64,000 bases of DNA. Origin: Amoebophrya sp. A120. Lineage: Eukaryota; Protista; Dinoflagellata. Below, piece by piece: positions 23,529 to 36,300 of this stretch. The DNA lies in the NCBI GenBank assembly GCA_905178155.1, contig CAJINV010000016.1, positions 62,001 through 126,000 of the forward strand. The letters are read 5' to 3'. The position numbers and the translations under genes were made by a program. Under the pieces are notes generated by a model. The model did no database searches. It saw only the letters and a list, made by a program, of their open reading frames with translations, and was not told where the DNA came from. Position 1 is the stretch's first letter, and each line of letters starts with the position of its first letter.

Positions 23529-24385
23529 ACCAAAGGAGAAAGCAGCTCTATGCATACGAGAGGCCCCGCCCTCTCATCCTTCTGAAATTCACCTTCGCGC
23601 ACAATCAGCGCAAAAGTTCTCCTTCAAACAGGTTATCGAGAGATGTTTCTGCGCTTTCGCGTCGCAATTCAATGTGTTCATGCGAAGTGCTGTCATGTCT
23701 TCTCATTTGTTTGTAAATGTCAGAAACGTCCACGTCGCGTCGTTGAAATATTGGAATTCTGTCGTTTGGTGTCGCTGTCCTCTGCCGGGTGAGTGTTTCC
23801 ACGACAGGGCGCTTCTGTTTGCATTGTTATTCATCGCTGTGATAGAGTTCACTTTTAATACGAAACGTCGCTGGTGTTGAAAATTGATATAAATGAGACT
23901 TCTGAGATGAAGTCTGACCCTTGTGCTCCTCATAGTAGGAGAAAGCAAAAAGCTCGGATGTAGCCCTCATTCAAGTGCGCTACAGATGGAAAGTCAGCTC
24001 TGCGTAGGTTGGAAAATTTAGCTCGAAGTGGGCATGAACAAAATCAGAAGAAAGTTTCGAGGAACAACTTCTCAGTTGGAAAGGGAAGATGCGACTGGTA
24101 AAAAATCAAAAGAAAGCTCAACTTTTACCTCTACGCACATTTCTTCGATTGGGATTAGCTCAAGTAGACCGACAAACGAGGTTGGGAGATAAAGGGACTT
24201 CTACTGCTCTGGATGGCACATGCATAGGCTTCTCCACAGCTGCTGGCTATTGCACACAAGGACAAGGAATATCAGCCGAGCGTGAGCCACACACTAATCA
24301 TTAAATAGTACCTACATGAGGACCACGACGACGAGAACTGATATAAAAATAGTAGTTGAAACCAGCCTAGTACTCGTCGACATCT

Positions 24386-27300
24386 TCACATCACCAACTG
24401 TGTATCGCCTGTCGCAACGCCAAAACCCGACGTCGTGTAAAAATTATTCATCCCGCCCCCTGGCGGCCCTCCATTCGGATTATTATTGTTGTTGTAGCCA
24501 CCTCCATTGTTCTCATCATTCCCGCCACCCCCTTCGCCGGTCGCCACTTTCGACGCCTCCCTTGACCTATCAAATGCAAAAGCGTCTGGGTCTGGAAGAT
24601 TGCCAGACTTGTCATGCATATTTTGAATGGCCCATGATGTCTGTGATGCATGCCCTAGCATCACAGATATTTAGAGGACTTTGATGCGATGCCTCTGCCG
24701 CATGAGAAATAATGCCCTCTCCGCGTAGCACAAACTGGAGTTCTCTTGCTGGTCATGCAATGCGAATTTTTTCAGAATCCAGGGACAGCATTATAAGTTT
24801 AGAACCTTCCAGACCCAGACATTTTTGCATTTGATACGACCCGGCCAATTTTCCTACTCGTTTCTTCATCACGTCGCGGAGCCAGTTTGCTTATGCATTG
24901 CAAAAGTATCATACTCGAATAAATGCATTACAAATTTTCCCAGCATGACAAATAAAATTTGTAATGCGTATTCACCTTTAAGAAGAATATTTGTAATGCA
25001 AGACTTGCATTTATTATACGAGTGCGATGCCTTTGCACAGGATATTGCTTCGATGAAGCCAATGTCGCCCTTTTCCATCTTGTGCTCCATGAGTTCGGGC
25101 ACGGTTATCTTTTTTCCCCTTAAGGAGTCGAGGTTTCGGTGCAGAGATGAAGTTGTAATGCTATAATTTCCAATTCCAGTTGTAGTTGTACCACTGCTAG
25201 AAGATGAACTCGACGACGTAGCTCCGCTTGCACCACCACCGCCTGTAGTTCTACCACTGTTCGGGAGATCGTCACCAAGTTCCAGCAATTCCTTTTCCCT
25301 CGTGACGTCAATCCCTTCCGTGAAAAACACCTTGTGTTCCAGCTGGTAGGACAACTCCTGAAACATTTTCACGATGTTCTGCTCCTTCTCGTGGTCGTTG
25401 TTCGTATTCTCCACGTTGAAAGCCAATAAACACAAATACAGGCAGTGCAAGCTGCTGTTCGTGCGGTCTTCGTGTACCGCCTGGAAAATGTCCGCGGGGA
25501 TCACTTTCTTCAACTCCTGGTAGAAATCCAGTCGCCCCCGGACCACGATCTCCTGAAACAGTGTCCGCCCCGATTTCGGGTCTCGGGTCAACAGGTGCGA
25601 CAGGCGGACGAACCCGGCGTCAATGTAGGTTTTCAACTTCGCTTGGAACAGGTTCTTCCTCGTCTCCTCCTTGTCGAACGAGTTGGAAGTCACCGCTTTT
25701 TTCATCCCCTTCATGCAGCTGTCGATCTTCATCCGTTGGAGCTTATTCGGCTCGTTTTGCGGTGGTATTTTGGTCCTGGGGTCGATGTTTCCGTCGGGGA
25801 AAATCGGGCCACCGGGATCATCGAGTATGTTGATGTCTGGTGCGGAGGATGCTGTGGTGTTTTGGGGGTTCTTGTTGGTCACGGAAGTTGTAGTGGCTTC
25901 AACAAGTTTCGCGAACCCCCCACTGGGGAAGTTGCTGCTGCTTGCCGCGGTACTATTGTTGAACGCCGAGCCAAAGCCGGCGGTGGAGAATGTATTGGTG
26001 GCTGCAAAGTTGTTGGCGTTCGCCGTTGTACCTGAAATCAAAATTTGGAGAAATACGGAATGTATGGTGACTGTAAGGAAGCATCGTCGAGGACGAAAAC
26101 TAAGCTCCAGAGATTCAATTTGTTATTCGATTCTACAATGTGCCACTTCTACTACTAGCATCAGCGTGAAAACTAAACGCTTCAAAGTAAAAAAATCCCA
26201 AATCGTACCTCCGCCAAAACCTGCTGGCTGCGCTCCATGCGGTCCCATTTGATTTTGCGATGCAATTGCGCTGTTGGGCGAGGGTAGCGGTGGGGGTGGC
26301 ATGGCAGGCTGCTGCTGCAGCTGTTGCTGCATCGTCATGAAGTTCGTCGTCCCCATTGGCTGCTGCATTTGCTGACTTTGTTGCGGAGGTTGCATCTGCA
26401 ACTGGTCATACGGGTTGGGATTTATCATGGTCCGTGGTCCGCCGCCAATGTTACCGGTCAACACACCTCGCGATTGCGGAGGCATCGCCTGACTAGACTG
26501 CGGCTGTAGTTGTGACATCGGAAATGGTTGCGAATTGACCATCGCCGCAAACGACCCCTGTGGCAGTTGTTGGGAAGGAGCAGGGGGCATGATTTGTGAG
26601 GAAGGAAACCCCGCAGCAAAATTCATATTCATCCCGCTGTTGTTGCTGAGACTTCCAAATCCGCCGATGGTTGAGCCAAATTGCTGTTGTGCTTGGGACT
26701 GACTGGGCATCGGCTGAAAATTTTGCTGAAAATCGTTGCTCTGCATTTGCGGGGCGGACTGGGAGGGGTTGAAAGGGGTGGTGGCGCCACCATAATTGCT
26801 GAAGCCTGCTGGCACCGCACTTTGTGAAGCCGGCGGCGCAGCTGCGAACTGTGACTGACTGTTTGGAGGTGGCATTGGAAGGCTCGAACCCATGTGCTGC
26901 GACGGCTGTAGCTGCAGAGGTTGTACTTGTTCTACTTGCGAAGCACCAAATGCAGACTGACTCGCAGGAGCTCCAAAAGCTGGCGCAGCACCGAATCCAG
27001 AACCGAATTGGCTACTTGTGCTTGTTCCAAACGCAGTTGCCCCAAACGCGGGCTGCCCGAATGCGGTTTGCGACGCAAACGCAGCGCCGGTGGCGAAAGC
27101 AGGGACTCCCGGGGCACCAGCAGCGAAATCAAACTGCGAGCTTGCGCTGGATCCTTGCGCGTTATTTCCGGATGTGTTCAGCATGCCAGACAGGAAAGCT
27201 TGCGGACCCGGACCCGGACCCTGACTGACAGGCGGTTGCATGGGCGGCTGAGGCTTTTGCTGCTGATGTTCCTGTTGTGGTTCCGGCGCTGCTCCTGCGT

Positions 27301-30300
27301 CATCCTGATCATCGTTTGCCACCAACAGTTTCCGCTCTGGTTCCGCTGCTGGTGCAGCCGCAGCCGCAGCCCCACGCACAGTGTCACCATGATGATCTTT
27401 TTCTCCTTCCGAAGGGGAAAACCCCGACAGCGTCCGTTGCAACACCCGCTTCCCTGTGGACAAAAGCTTCGCCCCCATGCTGGTAATGAACGTCGCTGGT
27501 TTGTACGACCTCTTCTGTGTAGGAGCAGCGGGCTCTACTGGTGCAACTGCTGGCGTGGTTGTACTCCCCTCGGTTGTTATTTTGGTTTTCCCAGCTGCAG
27601 CACCAGCAGCTGCACTCCCAATCGCGTTGTCTGCCGCTGGTTGTATGATGCGCACACTGGACGACGATGATTTGTCACCAGCCACCAGCGCGTCGAGCTT
27701 TTTCCTGTTTGCCTGCAGGTTCTTTTCCGCCAGCAAATGCGAGGAGAAGGAACTCGTCTGAGCAGGCAGGGGCTGTTCTCCCCCAACTTCGCGCGCAGCG
27801 CTTGAGGTCGCTCCTGCCCCCGATTTATTCGGGTTTTTCTTGTCTTTGTGTTTCGTGCTTGTTGCAGTTTTGTCAAGTAGGCTGACGTTGACGTCTTCTG
27901 GTTTTGGAATGTTCAGTGGTGGAGGGTCGATTGTCTTCTCCAGTACCGGTTGTCTTGCGTCGCCCTCACCGACACCAGCCTGTGGCTCAGCTTCCTCTGC
28001 AACTACAGGGACGTCCAGCAGTTCTTGAGCCTCCTTGTCATCCTCTTCCTCCTCACCCAGCTCCGCTTCCGCATCCGCCGCATACGGATTTATTTGAATC
28101 TCCGCCGCATCTCCCGTCCCCCCGACACTATCAACACTCTCCACCTCTTCCTCCCCGTCTACTTCCGGCTCCAAATACGACGGGAACAAACTCGTTTCCA
28201 AGAACGAGATGACGTCATTCGTGTCGGCGATGACGGCTTCCGTCACCATCGAGTCTAAGTCACTGTCTGGAGGAGGTGATAGTTGTTCTTGTAGTTTTTC
28301 CTTGTGCATCATTTCGTTTTGCCTCCGCCTTGCTATCTTCCTCAAAACTTCCCTCTCAAACCGCTTCCGGTATATTTTTGTTGCTGATTTCGTACTGGTA
28401 GTAGATTTGGCCTTCATGTTGTCTTGCGTGATGGAGATCATGTTCTCTTCTGGCGCACCGCTCTTGTCTGCGCTAACGTGGTCCTCGTTTTTTGAATTGG
28501 TTTGATCTTCTTGATGTTTCCCAACATCTTTCCCTATCTTGTGAATCTCCTTTCCCAAGCCGTTCAAATTCGTGGTTGACTGCATTCTTTGCAGCCGTAG
28601 GCGCTTCGCCCTCGCCTGCTCGTCGGCAGAGAGAGGCGCCGGCGGCGGAGGTTGGGTGACGGACGTAGGGCCGAAGAGATTGCTCGTCTTCAGTTTTGGA
28701 ATAGAACTAGAAGACGAAGGGCCAACTATTGAGGAACCGCCGAAAATGCTACCGGTGGAGAGAAAGTTCGTTCTTCTAGCATTCGCGTGTTTTGTCAAAG
28801 TCGACGCTGAGGAAGAAGAAAATGCGCTTGGCTGGTGAGCTAGGCCAGCTGTAGTTGCTGCTGTGTTCGACGCGTTTGCAGTACTAGAAGAGGAGGATGC
28901 GCTGGAAGATGAGGATGATGAACCGCCGGTGGCTCCTCCTTTTTGCTTTTGTTGATTCGCCGTGGCGGAGGCCGCACTTGCGGATAGAAACACCCTGGCA
29001 TCATCGTCAAAGTCAAAAATGTCGTCTTCAACATCATCGAGCAGATCGTTTTTCTCACCAGGATCATCCTGTTTCACCGGCATCATGCTGTCACTCGTGC
29101 TGCTCCCGGATTCAGATTCATCCGAGGAAATATCATTCTCTGCAGCCGCTGCAGCAGCAGGATGCTTGTTTACTGCGGCCGTCGCTTGCTCCTTGCTGTT
29201 ATTCGACTGCGCGGACTTGAAGCTCGAGGACTTCGAATTTCTGATCTCTGCCACCGTAGTACTCGAGAGAAGACCGAGAGCAGGACGACCGCCAACGACC
29301 GTGCTAGAGTTGCACTTCTTGCCCTCGTTAATAGCGTTGAGATCGTTAGGATTTTTCGCTGAAGACGAAGATGAAGAGGATGCTGCACCGCCTGCTCCTG
29401 CTCCTCCGGTGCCTCCGTTCAGCCTCGACGGCGCATCGCTGGCTTGCGGTTGCGGTTCAAACAGCGAGTTCGCAGGTTGTAGTGCGGATGAAGATGCTAA
29501 AGTAGGAACAAGAGCAGCTGCACTAGCAGCCGTAGCAACACCGCCTCCAGTTTCGTCCCCGAAGAGCCTCGCCATCTCTTCTGTTGTAAATTCCCTCCCC
29601 TCTGCGAAAATTCGCTCAATTTCTTCCGTCTTCGCTGCCTCCGACATCGCTTCCCGGACTTGCTGGCTTTCACTGTCGAGGTTCGGCGGGTGGAGTAGAT
29701 TGGGCGCTGCTGCTGCTTCACCTCCTGAGCGAAGAAAATCGGGGGCCGCCCCTGCACCGGCAGCTGCCGAAATAACACCGCTGCTGCTGCTGCTGCTGTT
29801 GTTGTTAAAGGTAGTAGTTGTGCCAACATCGTTATCTCTCCTATCCAGCACCCCCTCCCGAGCCCCCGCTTCCTCCAGCTCTTGCATCAAATTGTCCGGT
29901 AAATCCCTCCCTTGTCGCAACAAGAGATCTATATCCTTCTCGATCTCCGACATTTTCCTTTTTCTCTTCACAAACCCTCCCCGTCCGGAAATAATATCAT
30001 CTTTCACAGAGCAGTGCGGCTCTGGCTCTTGAATGATATCGTCGTTATTTATCGGCTTCAGGTCCGCTGTCAGCCACCGGTCGTTGCTCGCAAACTTGTT
30101 CCCCAGCGCAGATCCCGCACTCTCGACCCCGGTAGATTTTTGGTGCAGCTGTTGTGGTCCTCCTTGTCCGTGAATCTTCTCCTCGACCACTCGTTTGATC
30201 TCATCTTCCGCCACGCCCAGCGCCTTGAGTTTGAGCTTCAAGAAGTGCTCTGCTGTCGTGTCCGGGTAGCCCTTGTACTGATTCCTGACGCTGTGGGCGA

Positions 30301-33300
30301 CTTCGGCGATGATTTCCTCTTTTTCGTCCGAGGTGAGTGGTGGTGGAGGTTCGTAAGTGCCTGGGGCTGGTGGAGCTGGAGCTTGGTGACCAAATCGATC
30401 TTCACCGGTTTGTTCGACTTGATTCTTGACTCACCGGTTTGCGCGCGGCCTTGGGCCAGGCGCGGGGCCCGAGGTTCCGCCAGGCGCGGCGCCGGAGGTG
30501 GCGCAGGGGCAAGAGGCTGCGCGATAGCGCAGGCAGGAGTGAGGCTGGGCTGTCGGGGGCTCGACTAGAGGTTGGACCAAGGTGGCGGAGAACACACCGG
30601 AGGAGGCGAAGTATCCACAAGCGGGAAATGGAGCCCAAATACCCACGAGCGGGAAGATACTTATGCAGCCAGCACGCAGGAGGCTATTGCGTGCGGGCTG
30701 CAGACGGTAGCATTTCCTCGCCCACGGCAGATCGATCCGCGCCCAAATTCCATCTCGGTCGCCAACGCGAAGAGTGAGCGGGCGAAGAAGCTGGTAGGAG
30801 TGTTGCTTTCTCACAAGCTTCCCTACCAGCTTCTACACCAGCTTCTCCACCACAAATTGTGGTCTAGCCCCCACGCAAAGTCGCATTTTTTCATAATAAA
30901 AATTGTTTTTTCCCCGTGAAAACCAAGGCACTTCCAAACACCTTCTTTCGCTGAAGGTGCTTGTTGGTGCCGCGCTGAGATGAAAACGACCCAAGGCCAT
31001 GGGCGAGGAGCGAAGCAGCTGGCAAGGCATGACGAATACGCACGCTGCTGCGCACTCAGAAAGGGCCATGGTATAATGGCGAATGTGTTTGCAGTGGCGA
31101 ATCTTTCCAGGCAGCACGCAGCAGTTTGCTGCGTGCAGGCTGCAAAGATTCAAAATTGTGGCCCGTGCGGGCATCAAGTTGTTCTTGTTGCACCGACCCA
31201 GACATACAAATCATCTTGGGCGGCCGCCATCTATCGGCCCAAGTCCTTGCCCAAGCCCTTGGCCAAAGCGGGGTGCTTGGGCCCCAGACTGCGCCACAAC
31301 TTTCCCGGCTTCTCGTCTGGGAAAAAAGCTGCGCACGAACAGGCCGGCACGTAGGCCACAATGCGCGGCGCGATTGGGATTTCGGCCTGTGCCGCAACAT
31401 CTTCATCGCGCAACACAAAAAAAAACCGGATAGCGCGCGCACAGAAAGGGGGCACAGAAGCCGCGGCGCAATAAATGCATACGGGCTGCGCAAAGGGGTC
31501 CAAAGCTGTGCAATTTTTTTGCACCAATTATGCCAAAAATGCGAAAGAAGCTGTATTTTTATCCGCCCAAAAGATTTGGGCCTGCCCTACCCCCTAGGCA
31601 CATTTGCACGCGATACTGGTGTTTGGTGACCAAATTGATCTTCCCCGGTTTGTTCGACTTGATTCTTGACTAGCTCCTTTGGTGGAGGCTCTACTTTCTT
31701 CTCGACGTAGAAGTTCTGGTCTTGCGGCACGACCTCGACCTGGACCTGCTCCACCGCCGGCTCCCCGGCTTGTTTCGTTGTGCTAGCAGCGACATTGACA
31801 TTCTCCTTGCTCTTCGCTTTGTTGAACGTCCCGAGTTGGTTCGCGATGCTTTCGCCGTCTTTCTCCCCCAGGATCAGCAAATCGTCACTGTCTTCGTCTT
31901 CCAAAATCATGACGCTCGGGTCCTGACTCTCGACGGCCGTGTCTTGCTTCAGTTGCTGTTGTTGGTTGAGGAAGCTGTTTGTGTTTTTGTTCATCTGCAG
32001 GAACGAGGAAGAGGAACTACTGCTGTTCTTCTGCGCAACGAGGTGGCTCAAGGGATTATTTGCGGTGCTGTTCAATGATCCCGCAGAAAACACCTGGTTC
32101 ACATTTTCGTCGAATCTTTTCACCACAAACGCGACGACCCCGTGCGTTATCGCCTTCGACTCGAAATTCGGGAACGAATGGTAAATCTTGATCCCTTCTG
32201 ACAAAGAGGAACACCCAGGGAGGCACTTCTGCAGCCCCATGGAGGTCAAATAGGATGCGAAGCTGGGGAATTCTTGTCTCTCAATGACCTCCACGTCATA
32301 GAGTTCCTGGCCGCACTCGAACCGGAGAGTAGATCCCTTTTTGACGAATTTCACCCGGTAGTCTTTAATTCTCCCCTCAACCGTTTTTTTCCCCTTCTTG
32401 ATCAAGTCCAGGTAGTTCTTCTGAATCCGCAATGTCGCGGCTGGGTCTGGGCGCTTTGGCTGGAGGTTTGGTCGCTGGAGAAACGACGAGGCGAACTGGG
32501 ACTGGTTGTTCATGTTGTTCAGCTGTTGTTGCGGAAAAGCGAACTGATTTGCGCCGGAAGTTGTAGTCGTGTCGCCTGCTGTGCCCGCTCCAGGGACGAT
32601 TGGATTCGGTGCAACTTGAGCTTGTCTCCTCCGACTCGGAAACTGCACTTTGTCGTACTGCAAGACGTTGCTCTGGCTATCCGTGTATGAACCGCAAAAG
32701 CATCGTACTATGTAGTAATTGCAATACAAGTTCGCTCAGCATGACAAATGGAATTTCTCATGCTGATTTGCGTTGGGAGCGAGATTTGTAATGCATGGCT
32801 GCGATTACTACGAGTACGATACTTTTGCACAGGATACCGTGTTCCCGATCGTCAGATCTTTCATCACTTTCGGCTCCTCGACGTTGTATTGAGAGTCCAC
32901 AGCAGCTGAACCGAAGACAGGATCCTCATCATCGGGCACCAGATCGTTTTGATGTTGTCCATTATTTCTAGCGGGATTGAAGCTCAGCTTGTTGTTTACC
33001 CTGGATCCAGACGAGGAAGTACCAGACGCAGCAGCTCCAGAGTGTCCGGCCGCCGAAGACGATGAAGACGCTGCGGCGCCTGAGCTAGAAGAACTTGCTC
33101 CGCCAGCCTGTGGATTTCCTGGTCCTCGTTTGTTTGCAGCCACCGCTGCACCAGCACCGCCTTGACTCCTACTCGCGTTGGTACCACTACCACCAGCTGG
33201 CCTCTTTTTATTCGCCGCATTTATTCGTGCCTTCTCCTCTTCCGAGTCATAACCTTCTTCAGAGGAACTTTCATCATCATCCTCGGCTGGTAACCCGGCT

Positions 33301-36300
33301 GGCAACCCAGTCGAGTTGATCACTCGGTTCTCCCTGGCCAACCGCTGCGTCCGCTCGTACTGCTGCAATAGATGTAGTATGAACTGCAAAAGTATCGTAC
33401 TCGTAGTACTGCAACACAAATTGGCTCAGCATGACATCAAACGGAATTTGTCATGCTGATTTAACTTGAAAACGAAATTTGTCTTGCATGACTGCAATTA
33501 CTACAAGTACGATACTTTTGCAGTTCATATGTAGTTCGCACTGCATCCCGACGCAGCGACCGTGTATGATCAGTTTCGTAATCGCGCCAGATTTCATCAA
33601 ATCATCCAACGTCTTCTTCAACAAAGCCAATCCCGTCGGGGAATGGACGTAGGGGAACTTTTGGCCGATGTCCCTGTGCGCCTCCAGCCAGTGCGTCCAC
33701 TCGACATCAGACTCTTTGTGCTCGTCGTACAGGGTTTCGAAATATTTCACAAACGCATTCAACACGTTCTCCTCCGTCGCTTTTTCGATTTTCCGCTTCT
33801 TCAGAGGCGGCTCCAGGTTCTCGTTGGACTTGGATTTGTTATCCTTCCCGTTTCTACTTGGGCTGGGAACGTTTTCGATAATCTCCACACTGTCGTCCGA
33901 ATCCTCGTCGTCGTTTTTCTTGTTCTGCAACATTAACTTCCCAATCTCCTGCTGGTTTTCGCCGTTCAAGTTTTGCAATTTCAAGGCTTCCTTCTTCCCC
34001 TTCCCGCCCATCGCCTCCAACACGTAGGAAAGATCCTTGACCGCTTTCGACTCGACCTGGACACCCACTAAAGACGAAACGTCTTCCCAGTCTATTTCGT
34101 CGGAAATTTGGCACCGGACTAATTTCATCTTCTGGACGCCACCTTTGTCCCCATAGCCACTTGTCGTGCCCCCGGAGAAGACGAATTTCAAAGGGTCGTC
34201 ACTGCTATTCTTATCGGCCAAAACCCCGGAAATCACCGACCAGCACTCGAGGAACGCGCCGTGGAGCATGTATGGAAGCGTCAGGATCGAAATTGACGAA
34301 GATGAAGTAGTTTGTAATGCATGAAATGCATGGCGCGAAATACGTGTGTTGCAAAGCAGGCAAGTGAGGCCGACTGTAAGCCTCTTTGGGGTTAGAGCTC
34401 GAGCTGCTAAAGTAGCACGAGAGAGTCAGTCTTCTTTGCCTAAACAGCATTACAAACTGGATTCAGGCACCACCAGCATTTGTCATGCGCCACATGGAAA
34501 CTGGGTGCGAATTGGAATCCATTTTATGCATGACAAATCATAAATTTATTCAACTTTGTCGACTTCGATCCTGACAGTTCCATAGCATGGAGATGTTCCG
34601 CAACCGCGCGCCTTCGGAACAAGCACCGTTGTTGCACTTCAACCCGCGTTGCAAGTGCGTACACTTAAAAAGTGCCTCCTCGTAGTGATTCATCCAGGCT
34701 TTCCGCACGTCTTCCTTCGTCATTTTGTGCGGCCCCCGGTTCGTGCCGAGGACGCGGCCCATCAAGCCTCTACTCCTCTGCTGCTCTCTTTGCAAATCTT
34801 CATCAGTCATGAACTGGATTTTGTACCAATTATTCCTTTCATTCAGCACGCCGTCTTATCAAATGTAAAAGTGTCTGGGTCTGGAAGAATGCAACCTGTC
34901 ATGCTAAATCTGAAGCGTGCAAAAATCTGTATTGCGTGATTGCCAAAAGTCGTCCAGTTTTGACCAAGTCGGGAGCGAGTTTCTCATGCAGAATAGGCAT
35001 GAGAGAGATCGCGCAAAACCTGTCATGCTAGGTCCTGCATTCCAGACCTCATGGGTCATGGAAAAGCTGCATGACAAATCGCGCACTCTTCCAGACCCAG
35101 ACATTTTTGCATTTGATACGTCTCTTCCAATTTGGATCTTCGAAAACGTGTTCCAACTCCCAACCGCTCCTCTATGACAATGCACAACTCCCCCTCCCCC
35201 TCATTTGTCATGCAAAATACCAAGTCCGCCCTTTTCTCTTTGGCACATCTTGCATGACAGATTTCGGAAGCCGAAACAAATTTGTCACGCAAAAGCTGCT
35301 TTTATGCCAGCACTTGTGTTGCTGTTTACGCCATTCAAATGAGGGGGAGGAGGAGTTGCGTACTTCTTTCATACCCTCTATGCGGCAGCCACAACTCGTA
35401 GCTCAACGTCCGCACGTTGAACCTCGCCAACGCCATCTCTATGGAAGCGTCAGGTTTGAAATCGTCAGAGTTGAAATAGTTTGTCATGCATAAAATGCAG
35501 CCCTCAAAGTGCCTGTCTTGCAGAGTAGGCAAGTGAGGCAGATTGTAAGCCTGTTCAGGGGTAGAAGCTGAGCTGCTAAAGTAGCATGACAAAAGGCGTC
35601 TTTCTTACCCAAACAGCATGACAGACTGGATTTCGTCTCTACCCAAATTTGTCGTGCGCCACTTGGAAACTGGGCTCCAACCGGCATCCGTTTTATGCAT
35701 CACAAACTATTTCAACTTTGACGATTTCAATCCTGACACTACCATAATCTCGCGCCGTTTTTTGTCCTGACACATCGTCGGCCGGAAGTACCTATGCTCT
35801 GCAAAAGTATCGTACTCGATCGTACTAATTGCAGTCATGCATTACAAATTTTTTTCCCAAGGTAGATCCGCATGACAAGTTTTTATTTCTCATGCTGAGG
35901 AAATTTGTAATGCATTTATAGTATAAATATACGAGTACGATACTTTTGCAATGCATAGTACCAAAACCCCTCGTTCGCGAAGTAGTTGTGCTTGCGGCGC
36001 AGACGGTTGAGCTTCTGTTGCCGGTTGAACAACTCCACTCTGTTCGTGATGTCCGTCGCGTTCTGCAATTTGTCCCGTTCGTAATCATCCGCGTCCTTTT
36101 TCAAGCGCTCCATCCTGGGTAGCATCTCCTTCTCGTATTTTTGCCACACTGTGTCCCAGGGAATACCCCGGTCCAACCGAATGTGGGTGATGTTGCACTT
36201 CGCGCCGTTGTAATTCCGGTCGGAGTAGAGTGACTTCGAGGATGTTGCGAAAGCCCGTTCTAAAGGTGCGCGGTTTAGTTGTACAATCTTCCCCTGGTTG

